A stretch of 39,511 bases of DNA, taken from Pyrinomonadaceae bacterium (GTDB lineage Bacteria > Acidobacteriota > Blastocatellia > Pyrinomonadales > Pyrinomonadaceae). Below are positions 24,046 through 33,166 of this stretch, in pieces. The DNA is taken from NCBI GenBank assembly GCA_036280855.1, contig DASUPZ010000239.1:1-39511 (forward strand), in the 5' to 3' direction. The notes under the pieces are model-generated. The model saw nothing but the letters and a program-made list of their open reading frames with translations. It searched no databases and was not told where the DNA came from. Both the position numbers and the translations under genes were made by a program. The number at the start of each line of letters is the position of its first letter. The stretch's first letter is position 1.

Positions 24046-24638
24046 AATTGTCCAGGAGACGTCTGACTTCTAACCAGCGAGTTCTGACTGAGCTTCTCCC
24101 AATTTCAGTCATCTGCAATGTGGTATGACCCAACAGAGACATGATGTCCATCTCATGTACGCCTCTCGCTTGCAGACGCGTAGCGAATGTATGACGCAGA
24201 TCGTGAAAACGAAGAGCTGAGATCTTCGCCGCCGCGCACGCTCCTTCCCACGCGTGTCTGAAGGTTGTCAGCTTCAAACCCGTGCGGGCATAACTGAAAA
24301 CATGCTCGTCTGACAGGGCATCCTGCTTCAACGATTTGAGTTCCACTTCAGACGGGCTTGCTCATCGGAATCCTTCGTGGGCGTCCGGTCTTCGTATGGG
24401 CTATGTAGATAGTCTTTTGATCGAAGTCCACATGCTCCCATTTCAAGCCCAGGATCTCCTGTACACGCTCGAACAGTGCGGTTGAAATCAGCGGCTCGTG
24501 ACTGCCGCGATAGGTTCTGTTGTTCCAATCAAAATCGCCGGTGTAAACACGGCTTTGAAGCAATCTATGTACGTTCGATCTTGACATTGCCTGACCTGTG
24601 CGCCGCGAGCGTAAACCAGCAACGTGAGCTCGCCGCAC
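24026..24638 (-). pseudogene. Chimeric recombinase pseudogene: serine-recombinase middle fragment fused to a frameshifted tyrosine-integrase catalytic-domain fragment
   Basis: 24450-24638 reads ...SRSNVHRLLQSRVYTGDFDWNNRTYRGSHEPLISTALFERVQEIL (the 'Recombinase' domain pattern of large serine recombinases). It then runs in-frame into GLKWEHVDFDQKTIYIAHTKTGRPRRIPMS (tyrosine recombinase). After a frameshift comes ...ALRFHDLRHTFATRLQARGVHEMDIMSLLGHTTLQMT (R-H-R-H region). The catalytic-Tyr segment is missing and the 3' end reads into the 29-bp repeat. Confidence 0.6.
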
Positions 24639-24818
24639 AACTTCGTCTATTGAGCATTGGCCCTACGGTGCCTGCTATCTACCGCGTTGCGTATTACCCC
24701 TCGGGTTACAACGAGCCCGCCGGTAAAGACGAATTGTTCGTGCAGGAGTCCTGAACGACGGCTCATTGCGCCAGAATGTTAAGGATCACGTACGAAGAAG
24801 TTGCGCCAATTGGAGAGG

Positions 24819-25148
24819 TTAACGGCGGGAAGGAAATCGGGCGCCATACGCCCGCTGTGGAGCTTGAGGTGGAGCTAAGATGCTCTCATCAACTACGCCA
24901 TGGAGTCTTGAAATTAATGAGGAACGAGCATCAATCACATCGCCGAGACTCCAATTGAGAAGAGCGGCGACAGTGCCGGGAAACGTATGCAAGTAGGATA
25001 TAAAATCCTCGGCTGTTCGCACTGATAGACGATCTAGCGCGATTGCTAAGTCTTGAGGTACCAGCAAATTAGAACCCATCACCTCAACGCCAAAATCAGG
25101 CGGGATCGCGTGGGCAATCTGTTTAGGTGATATTGCTAGACGTGGCAT
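24819..25148 (-). CDS. Hypothetical 109-aa protein, paralog of the N-terminal domain of the adjacent C1 peptidase
   Basis: Strong SD (GGAGG) 5 nt before ATG 25148. LDRLSVRTAEDFISYLHTFPG aligns with LESIGIRTPEDLLSLAWNFPS of the peptidase. Exactly 49 residues later, AYGARFP aligns with AHGAKIP. No catalytic domain and no signal peptide. Confidence 0.6.
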   Translation of the reverse strand: MPRLAISPKQIAHAIPPDFGVEVMGSNLLVPQDLAIALDRLSVRTAEDFISYLHTFPGTVAALLNWSLGDVIDARSSLISRLHGVVDESILAPPQAPQRAYGARFPSRR

Positions 25149-25217
25149 AGTGCCTCCAAAACCTGCTGTATGATGCCTCCTAACGGCATTCTGATGCAAG
25201 TATGATTTTGGACAGGT

Positions 25218-26336
25218 TCAAAGCACACACATTTCCATCAAATATTTGTCCACATATGTAGCTGAAATCTGCCCATAACCAACTTCGGGTGCTACGTACG
25301 GTGGGGTAGATGGCAAAGAGTTTGCCCAAACCACGGTACCCCAGCTATTTCGAAGGATAAACCACCCACCTTTCGGCTCCGACGCATCAGGAACAAAGCC
25401 CGTGAAACACACGGCATGCCCCCCGACGACGGTTGAAGTCGGCGGCGGATCGATAACACGGCCATAGCTCATCCCCACCGCCGTATTCCAATTGTCTGAG
25501 CCTGGATAAAGGGGATCGCCAAACACAGGTAAGGAAACGGCCACGGGGCGCTGATAAGTCACCATTGCATTTATAACTTTCGCAGCATTGCCTGACATCG
25601 ACGTACTTGCGAGATACGTAGTGGCTACATGCATCCGTTTCGCGGCGTCTGCGCGAGCACTTGTCGATGGATCGGTTGGCGTCGCATGGGTCACATTAGC
25701 TGGTAACACTGTACCCACATAAGGCCAATGTGGTGATGTGCAAGTGCCGTCTGTACTCAATGCGTCTCGAGCAAACTCAATCCATGTCCCATCGTCTGTT
25801 GGATTTGGATCGGCTGTCGAAGTTTTGATTGCCCAGAATAGATACTGTTCGGATAAATCCTTCATCGCAGCCGTTGAATGAAGTAGGTGTTCGTGGCAAG
25901 CGACCATAGAGAATGCCACGCACGTGCCGCGTACGCCCTGATCTTTTACGGCCCAACCAGGAAAACGGAAGTCAAGCTTAGGATAGGCGGGCGCTGTTAT
26001 CGCCGTACCAGCCGTTGGGGCTGGCATGGGCACCCTATATCCCATTTGCAGAGGAGCCTTTGCTGGTATCTTGGCGCCATGCGCGAACCGTGGTGGTGGC
26101 GCTTGGCCCAGGCTGAATCTATTTACGACATTAGCGAATGCTGCCTTGGGCGCACTCATATTCGCTGCAAATGAAAGCTTCGCGAAATCAAAACCTATAC
26201 CAGTGAGGCTGGGAAAGTTCCAAGCCAGACTTAATAAATCTTCCGGTGTGCGGATACCAATACTCTCGAGTACTGCTTGTTCAATAGGACTCAGGTCAGC
26301 CTGCTGATGAAGTTTAGTGAGATATGGCGAAGTCAT
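25218..26336 (-). CDS. Papain-like cysteine peptidase (family C1) with a ~110-aa N-terminal extra domain and no signal peptide
   Basis: Active-site Gln/Cys in VKDQGVRGTCVAFSMVA, His in VVGGHAVCFTGF, and Asn/Trp in WFILRNSWGTVVWAN. The N-terminal region has an HhH-like IGIRTPEDLL. ATG 26336 with a GGAG SD 7 nt upstream is preferred over TTG 26348. Confidence 0.8.
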   Translation of the reverse strand: MTSPYLTKLHQQADLSPIEQAVLESIGIRTPEDLLSLAWNFPSLTGIGFDFAKLSFAANMSAPKAAFANVVNRFSLGQAPPPRFAHGAKIPAKAPLQMGYRVPMPAPTAGTAITAPAYPKLDFRFPGWAVKDQGVRGTCVAFSMVACHEHLLHSTAAMKDLSEQYLFWAIKTSTADPNPTDDGTWIEFARDALSTDGTCTSPHWPYVGTVLPANVTHATPTDPSTSARADAAKRMHVATTYLASTSMSGNAAKVINAMVTYQRPVAVSLPVFGDPLYPGSDNWNTAVGMSYGRVIDPPPTSTVVGGHAVCFTGFVPDASEPKGGWFILRNSWGTVVWANSLPSTPPYVAPEVGYGQISATYVDKYLMEMCVL

Positions 26337-26851
26337 GAGAGTCTCCAATCCTTGTGGGAATGGTTGAAAACTTGTTCAACTAGCCGTAGCTGCGGTAGAG
26401 CAAATCCACGACTATTGTGAAGGACTCCGAAAGCAAAGGCTTAAGGGATCTGGAGCAAAATGTGTAAGAGGAAAGAGAACCGCTCCAGAACGCGGGTAGC
26501 CTAAGCCCGTTCACGCCTGCTGTCAATAGCATAGATTCGACTTGTAGGTAGAAAGTGAAGTTCGGTATAGATGGCAAACGAAGTGTCCGCTTCGGCGCTG
26601 TAAGTGAGTGCTTGTTGTGGCGGCACATGTTGCACTCTCAAAAGCCACACTCGAGCGGACCAGAAAGTAAAAAGAAGTGACAATGCGGAAGTGATAATGC
26701 GGGCGATGGACAAGATTTTCGGATCGTGAGTCAACCCAATTATCACCAACCGCGTCTAAGCGGTCACATCGATTAATGATGTGGTCTGATCGTCTCCCTC
26801 ATCCTGTTTGCTTTAGCGACAAGTTATCCTAACTAAAGGAGCGTTGCTCAA

Positions 26852-29800
26852 ATGACTCTCCCGAGACGGTGTGTCTCTCTGCTGCTGCTCTGTTGTTTTG
26901 CGGTTTCAGTCGCGCCACTTCCCCGCGTTGTAGCAACCGATTCATCAAGAATGCAGGAAGACTCTGATGAGGAAGAAGGCCTGAGCTTTCGTTTGAGTGA
27001 AGGTATCGATCAACCGGAGGCGCCTCGGGTAACGAAGCCGGCGCCGGCGACGTTGTTATCCAAAGTCGAGACGGAAGCGGTGCTCAAACGCCTTCCACCA
27101 ATCAAGACTGACACAAGCGATGAAACAGACTTTGCATGGCGGAAGCAGTCGTTGCCGCCACCACGCACCGGCCTCACCGTCATGCAGCCATTTCCCGCGA
27201 CTAACGAAATGGCACCTCCTGGACCAGCGACGGCCGAATCGCTCGAAGTCGTTCGCTTCTCACCCGTAGGTGACGTGCCAATCGCATCCAATCTCAGCAT
27301 CACATTCTCTCAGCCGATGATCGCAGTCTCTTCGCAAGAAGAAGCTGCCAGGTATGTGCCGGTAAAACTCTCGCCTGAGCCACCAGGGAAGTGGCGTTGG
27401 ATCGGAACCAAGACCCTGCTGTTCGAACCCGCAGGACACTTTCCAATGGCCACTCAATATTCGGTTTCCGTGCCCTCAGAAACCAAATCAGCAATCGGTG
27501 GCGCGCTTAACACTGCGAAGAACTGGACGTTTAGCACGCCGCCCCCAACAGTGAAAACAACATACCCGGACGCCAAGACAACGCACTCGCTGGATGCACT
27601 GATGTTTGTCGAGTTGGACCAGCGAATCGATCCCGCAGCAGTACTAAAGACAATCAGAGTAACGGCAGGAAACACTCAACTGCCCGTACGGCTTGCAACC
27701 AGCGAAGAGATTGAAAGCGATCACAACGTCAAAGAGTTGGCCCAGAACGCCCAGAAAGACCGTTGGCTTGCCTTCCGTGCTACCGGTGCTAACGGAGACA
27801 CCAGGTCCGCCTTACCGTCCAACTCACAAATCACGGTAACGATGGGCCCCGGCACGCCCTCATTGGAAGGCCCGCGCACCACCGGCACTAAACACGAATT
27901 TCGCTTTTCCACGTTTGGACCATTGCACATCACCAGCACAGTCTGCGGTCACAACAACGATTGCAATCCGCACCAGGAGTGGCGAATTGAATTCAACAAC
28001 GAACTCGATGCGAAAGCCTTCAAGGAATCGCCGGTGTTGATTGAACCTGCGAGCGACGAACTTAAGCGGAGTGTTCGTGGCAGGAACCTGATCATCAGCG
28101 GATATAAGAAGCCGGATACAACCTTCAGAATCACTGTGGACAAATCCATCCGCGACGTCTTCGGTCAGACGCTGGGCAAGGACGAAACCCGCGAATTCAA
28201 AGTTGGGCCAGTTGGTTCATTCATCTCACTTTCGGCCGGCGCCTTTGTCGTGCTTGATCCAAGTGGACCACGCCAGCTTTCCCTTTACACAACCAACTAC
28301 CAGACGGTGAAGGTAAACGTTTACGCCGTCGAGCCGGCTGACTGGATTAAGTTTCAAACCTACCGGCAACTGCATTCCCGTCGCGCAAATGACGCCGCTA
28401 GTAAGAATGTGAACTTGCCTGGCCGCCTGGTTTATTCGAAACAGATCGATCTGAAAAACTCACCAAACCAGATGATTGAGACCGCCATCGATTTGGTACC
28501 CGCATTCAACGATGGTTTCGGCCAGGCGATCGTTGCGGTGGAATCAATTACGCCGGCCAGCGACGCGTATCACAACCCACTTCTCTCATGGGTGCAATCA
28601 ACGCAGATCGGGCTCGATGCATTCGTCGATAACAAACAATTGATCGGTTGGGCCAACTCTCTAATCGATGGCGCACCGTTAACAGACGTGAAGATGCAAA
28701 TCATTCCGTCAGATGTTTCCGGCACCACCGGAACCGACGGACTTGCCTATCTTCCTCTGAAGCCGGTGTCGGATTCTGCAATGAGTGTCCTGGTTGCGCG
28801 GCGTGGCAATGACGTTGCCATTCTTCCTGAAAGCCCACACACCTGGTGGCACCCAAGTGGAACATGGCACCAGAAGCCGCAGACAGATGAATTGCGTTGG
28901 TACGTCTTTGACGATCGCAAACTTTACAGGCCCGGAGAAGAAGTTCACATCAAGGGTTGGATTCGTCGCATCGGCACGGGCACCGCCGGCGATGTTGGCC
29001 CATTAAACGGCGCCATCAAATCGCTGACCTATGTGATTAACGACGAGAGCGACAACGAAATCAGCAAAGGCGAACTGAAGCTAAATGCCTTCGGTGGGTT
29101 TGACATGGCAATCAAACTGCCCGCGGGCCTGAACCTGGGAATCGCGAGGGTGAAGTTTGAAACCAGAAGCACGATGAAGGCTTTTGATGCAGAGGATTTC
29201 TGGCACTATTTCCAGGTGCAGGAATTCCGGCGGCCCGAGTTTGAAGTCACCGCCAAAAATGAGACTGAAGGCCCGCTGTTTGTCGGTGGTCACGGTGAAG
29301 TTTCAGTAATGGCGAATTACTTTGCCGGTGGCGGCCTGGCCAATACAAAAGTCGAGTGGAGCGTCAGATCAAATCCGACAAATTTCACGCCGCCGAATCG
29401 GAGTGACTACGCGTTTGGAAAATGGATTCCATGGTGGACTACCGACAGTGACGGCGACGAAAGCAACAGCGAGAGCTTTACCGGCCAGACCGATGCGAGC
29501 GGCAAGCATCGTCTACGTATCGACTTCGACGCAGTAAACCCGCCTCGACCTTCAGTGCTTGACGCAGAAGCGAGCGTGCAGGACGTGAACCGGCAAACCT
29601 GGACCTCGACGGCAACGATGCTGGTCCATCCGGCGGATCTTTACGTCGGCCTGCGGAGCGAAAAGACGTTTGTGCAGCAGGGAGAACCCCTCGTCGTCCA
29701 ATCTATCGTGACTGACCTCGACGGCAGGGCGATCGCGAACCGCGAAGTGAAGATGCATGCCGTCCTGCTGAATTGGAAGCAAGTTGAAGGTGAGTGGGAA

Positions 29801-32800
29801 GAGGTTGAATCCGATCGACAGGATTGTGTCGTTCAGTCGACAAACGACGCCGTGCGATGCACGTTCACATCGAAAGAAGGCGGCAGGTATCGCGTCGTGG
29901 CGACAGTTCGCGACGATCGCGGCCGCGCGAATGAAAGTGAACTAACTCTTTGGGTCTCCGGTGGCAAGCAACCTCCGAATCGTGGTGTCGAAGAAGCGAA
30001 AGTAGAACTGATTCCGGATCGCAGGGAATACAAGCCCGGCGACACAGCGCAGATCCTGGTGCAGGCGCCTTTTTACCCGGCAGAAGCAGTGATGACTTTG
30101 CGGCGTTCGGGTATCGCGAAGGTGGTGCGCTTTCGTATGGATGGTCCAACCTACACTTTGCGGCTCCCGATTGAAGAGGCGTGGACGCCGAACGTGCATG
30201 TGCAGGTGGATTTGGTTAGTGCTGCTCGTAATGAAGCAGATCAGGATGCGGCCGGAGCGGAAGGCCATCGTTACGGGTTTGCAAATGGTGAGATCAGTTT
30301 ATCGATCCCGCCTCTCTCGCGAAGGCTGAACGTGATCGCAACGCCGCGTGAGACGACTCTTGAGCCTGCCGGCAACACAGTCGTTGACGTTGAAGTGAAA
30401 GATGCACTCGGTAAGCGGGTTTCCAACAGCGAAGTGGCAGTGGTCGTAGTGGATGAGTCTGTCCTGGCATTGACTGATTACAACCTGAGCGATCCGGTTG
30501 GAATTTTCTATAGCCACCGAGAAGCAGGCGCTACCGACTATCACTCACGATCCCATCTTGTAGTTTCAGACGTTGGCGTTGGTTTTGGTTTCGGACTTGG
30601 CCGAGGGGTGGGTGCGCTGACGGAGACGGTTCAGGTGTCAGCAGCGACCGTTGGGTTAGTCGCCAGCCTACCAAAGTATGGTCTGGTCAGTAATCTCGAG
30701 CTTGATGGGCTGGACACGACAGACAAAAAAATTGCCCTGCGCCAGAATTTCAACGCGCTTGCCGTCTTTGCGCCCTCCGTGCGAACTGATGCAAATGGTC
30801 GCGCGCAGGTGCAAGTAAAACTTCCAGACAATCTGACGCGCTATCGAGTAATGGCCGTGGCAGTTACAAGCGGAAATCAATTTGGCGGGAGCGAGTCGGC
30901 GATCACTGCCCGGCTGCCGTTGATGGCGCGACCGTCGGCGCCGCGGTTTCTGAACTTTGGCGATCGATTCGAGCTGCCGATCGTTTTGCAGAATCAGACC
31001 AGTGCGCCGATGGCTGTTGATCTTGCTGTGCGGGCGACGAATGCCGCGTTGGTCCATGATTCAGGTGAGTCGAATACTGCGGGCCGCCGCGTGACTGTGC
31101 CTGCCAACGATCGTGTCGAAGTACGCGTTCCCGCGGCAGCGGTCAAAGCCAGCGTAGCGCGCTTTCAGATCGGTGCGGTGTCAGGGCGCTGGTCCGACGC
31201 TGCTGAAGTGGAATTGCCCGTCTGGACTCCGGCTACTACGGAGGCATTCGCAACTTACGGCGAAATCGACGACGGCGCGATTAATCAGCCGGTGAAGGCG
31301 CCGGAGAATGTGTTTCCGCAGTTTGGCGGATTGCAGATCGAAACGTCGTCGACTCAATTACAGCAGTTGACGGACGCCGTCATTTATCTCACCAACTACC
31401 CTTACGAATGCTCGGAACAACTGGCTTCACGCATCATCACGATTGCTGCGCTCCGCGATGTGCTGACGGCTTTCAAGACAAAAGATTTGCCGTCGCCGCA
31501 AGCAATGGAAGCGGCTGTGGAACGCGATCTGAAACGTTTGCAGGGAATGCAGAACGAAGACGGCGGCTTTGGTTTCTGGCGGCGCGGCAATGAATCGTGG
31601 CCTTACCTGGGCCTTCACGTCGCGCATGCTTTAGCGCGCGCGAAGCAGAAAAAGTTCAACGTGCCCTCGGAGATGTTTGAGAAGTCGCAGAAATATCTAC
31701 GCGAGATCGAATCACGCATTCCTTCTCACTACAATGTAGATGCAAGACGGGCAATCGTCGCGTACGCGCTTTATGTACGCGCTCTGATGGGTGACCACGA
31801 TCCGAATCGTGCACGTAACCTGATTGCGGAAGCCAGCGTCGAGAAGCTCTCGATGGAATCGCTGGGTTGGTTACTTTCAGTACTTTCAAACGACGCGAAT
31901 TCCAGAAATGAAGTTGCCGCGATTCATCGCGTGCTGAACAACCGTGTCACGGAAACGGCCGGCACAGCACACTTTGTCTCTTCTTACAGCGACAACGATT
32001 ATCTCTTACTGAATTCCAACCGGCGCGCGGACGGTGTGATCCTGGACGCACTCATCATGGACCAGCCGGCCAGCGATCTGATTCCGAAGATTGTGCGCGG
32101 ACTGCTCGCCCATCGTACGCGCGGGCGCTGGGAGAACACGCAGGAGAACGTTTTTATTTTGCTGGCGCTCGATCGTTACTTCAATACGTTTGAGAAAGTG
32201 ACACCAAACTTTGTAGCACGTGCGTGGCTCGGCGATCGGTTCGCAGGAGAACAGGAGTTTCGTGGCCGCTCAACCGATCGCCGGCAAGTGAATGTGCCGA
32301 TGCGTTATCTTGCCCAGCAAGAAGGCACGCCGAACCTTGTGATCGACAAAAACGGCGCCGGGCGTCTTTACTATCGAATCAGCATGAATTACGCGCCCAC
32401 GGATCTTGATTTGAAGCCTGCTGACTATGGCTTCACCGTGGAACGCATTTACGAAGCCGTCGATCACACGGAAGATGTTTCGCGTGACGCGCAGGGCATG
32501 TGGCACATCAAAGCGGGCGCGCGCGTACGAGTGCGGCTGACGATGGTTGCTCCCGCGCGGCGGTACCACGTCGCGTTAGTTGATCCTTTGCCGGCAGGCT
32601 TTGAATCGCTGAACCCAACACTCGCGACGACGGGCAGCATTCCACCCGATCACAAGCAGACGGGTGTGGTTGAAGGTGGCAGTCGTTCTTATGGTTACGG
32701 CTGGTGGTGGTGGCGACCGGAATGGTTCGAACATCAGAACCTGCGTGACGAGCGTACTGAAGCCTTCGCGTCGCTATTATGGGAAGGCGTGTACAAATAC

Positions 32801-32920
32801 TCTTACGTGGCACGCGCGACAACACCCGGAGATTTCATCGTCCCACCCACGAAAGCCGAGGAGATGTATCATCCGGAAACCTTCGGCCGCGGCAAGACTG
32901 ATCGCGTGCGTATTAAGTAG
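26852..32920 (+). CDS. Bacterial alpha-2-macroglobulin family protein with an intact thioester motif
   Basis: 2022 aa. Signal peptide (VSLLLLCCFAVSVAPLPRVVA). Long array of Ig/MG-like domains. The thioester motif CSEQ in NYPYECSEQLASRI (Cys codon 31409-31411) is followed by an alpha-helical TED-like region (QNEDGGFGFW). SD AAGGAG upstream of ATG 26852. Confidence 0.9.
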   Translation: MTLPRRCVSLLLLCCFAVSVAPLPRVVATDSSRMQEDSDEEEGLSFRLSEGIDQPEAPRVTKPAPATLLSKVETEAVLKRLPPIKTDTSDETDFAWRKQSLPPPRTGLTVMQPFPATNEMAPPGPATAESLEVVRFSPVGDVPIASNLSITFSQPMIAVSSQEEAARYVPVKLSPEPPGKWRWIGTKTLLFEPAGHFPMATQYSVSVPSETKSAIGGALNTAKNWTFSTPPPTVKTTYPDAKTTHSLDALMFVELDQRIDPAAVLKTIRVTAGNTQLPVRLATSEEIESDHNVKELAQNAQKDRWLAFRATGANGDTRSALPSNSQITVTMGPGTPSLEGPRTTGTKHEFRFSTFGPLHITSTVCGHNNDCNPHQEWRIEFNNELDAKAFKESPVLIEPASDELKRSVRGRNLIISGYKKPDTTFRITVDKSIRDVFGQTLGKDETREFKVGPVGSFISLSAGAFVVLDPSGPRQLSLYTTNYQTVKVNVYAVEPADWIKFQTYRQLHSRRANDAASKNVNLPGRLVYSKQIDLKNSPNQMIETAIDLVPAFNDGFGQAIVAVESITPASDAYHNPLLSWVQSTQIGLDAFVDNKQLIGWANSLIDGAPLTDVKMQIIPSDVSGTTGTDGLAYLPLKPVSDSAMSVLVARRGNDVAILPESPHTWWHPSGTWHQKPQTDELRWYVFDDRKLYRPGEEVHIKGWIRRIGTGTAGDVGPLNGAIKSLTYVINDESDNEISKGELKLNAFGGFDMAIKLPAGLNLGIARVKFETRSTMKAFDAEDFWHYFQVQEFRRPEFEVTAKNETEGPLFVGGHGEVSVMANYFAGGGLANTKVEWSVRSNPTNFTPPNRSDYAFGKWIPWWTTDSDGDESNSESFTGQTDASGKHRLRIDFDAVNPPRPSVLDAEASVQDVNRQTWTSTATMLVHPADLYVGLRSEKTFVQQGEPLVVQSIVTDLDGRAIANREVKMHAVLLNWKQVEGEWEEVESDRQDCVVQSTNDAVRCTFTSKEGGRYRVVATVRDDRGRANESELTLWVSGGKQPPNRGVEEAKVELIPDRREYKPGDTAQILVQAPFYPAEAVMTLRRSGIAKVVRFRMDGPTYTLRLPIEEAWTPNVHVQVDLVSAARNEADQDAAGAEGHRYGFANGEISLSIPPLSRRLNVIATPRETTLEPAGNTVVDVEVKDALGKRVSNSEVAVVVVDESVLALTDYNLSDPVGIFYSHREAGATDYHSRSHLVVSDVGVGFGFGLGRGVGALTETVQVSAATVGLVASLPKYGLVSNLELDGLDTTDKKIALRQNFNALAVFAPSVRTDANGRAQVQVKLPDNLTRYRVMAVAVTSGNQFGGSESAITARLPLMARPSAPRFLNFGDRFELPIVLQNQTSAPMAVDLAVRATNAALVHDSGESNTAGRRVTVPANDRVEVRVPAAAVKASVARFQIGAVSGRWSDAAEVELPVWTPATTEAFATYGEIDDGAINQPVKAPENVFPQFGGLQIETSSTQLQQLTDAVIYLTNYPYECSEQLASRIITIAALRDVLTAFKTKDLPSPQAMEAAVERDLKRLQGMQNEDGGFGFWRRGNESWPYLGLHVAHALARAKQKKFNVPSEMFEKSQKYLREIESRIPSHYNVDARRAIVAYALYVRALMGDHDPNRARNLIAEASVEKLSMESLGWLLSVLSNDANSRNEVAAIHRVLNNRVTETAGTAHFVSSYSDNDYLLLNSNRRADGVILDALIMDQPASDLIPKIVRGLLAHRTRGRWENTQENVFILLALDRYFNTFEKVTPNFVARAWLGDRFAGEQEFRGRSTDRRQVNVPMRYLAQQEGTPNLVIDKNGAGRLYYRISMNYAPTDLDLKPADYGFTVERIYEAVDHTEDVSRDAQGMWHIKAGARVRVRLTMVAPARRYHVALVDPLPAGFESLNPTLATTGSIPPDHKQTGVVEGGSRSYGYGWWWWRPEWFEHQNLRDERTEAFASLLWEGVYKYSYVARATTPGDFIVPPTKAEEMYHPETFGRGKTDRVRIK

Positions 32921-32935
32921 TGTAAACTGTATCCG

Positions 32936-33166
32936 ATGATCACGCCTGAGGAATTAGTTGGCGAAGAGTGGGCGTCGTGGTATCGCCTTTCCCCGCAAGA
33001 GCGTTGGCACGAATCGGAAAAGTTGTGGCAAGCTTACTTCTACCTTGGTGGCTCGCTTGATACACAACCCGATACTCAAAGTCCTTTCTTCGATCCGGAA
33101 GCACCAAGTGCGGGCCCTGCTCATGGGCGGCCAAGCGTGCGTATTCTACGGCGCGGCCGAGTTTAG
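32936..33166 (+). CDS. Small hypothetical protein (76-aa ORF), possibly the frameshifted N-terminus of the next gene
   Basis: MITPEELVGEEWASWYRLSPQERWHESEKLWQAYFYLGGSLDTQPDTQSPFFDPE looks protein-like. The last ~20 codons overlap, out of frame, the start of the nucleotidyltransferase-fold ORF. Confidence 0.4.
   Translation: MITPEELVGEEWASWYRLSPQERWHESEKLWQAYFYLGGSLDTQPDTQSPFFDPEAPSAGPAHGRPSVRILRRGRV

Noticed and set aside
14734-24638. The idea that the two serine-recombinase fragments (14734-15000 and 24450-24638) are halves of one gene split by a ~9.5 kb insertion. Both are on the minus strand, with the middle part upstream of the C-terminal part.
   Set aside because: The idea is tempting because the fragments are collinear and non-overlapping. 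However, more than 100 aa (the zinc-ribbon region) would be missing, the upstream piece is fused to an unrelated integrase fragment, and I cannot measure their relatedness without a reference alignment. It is kept only as something to test.
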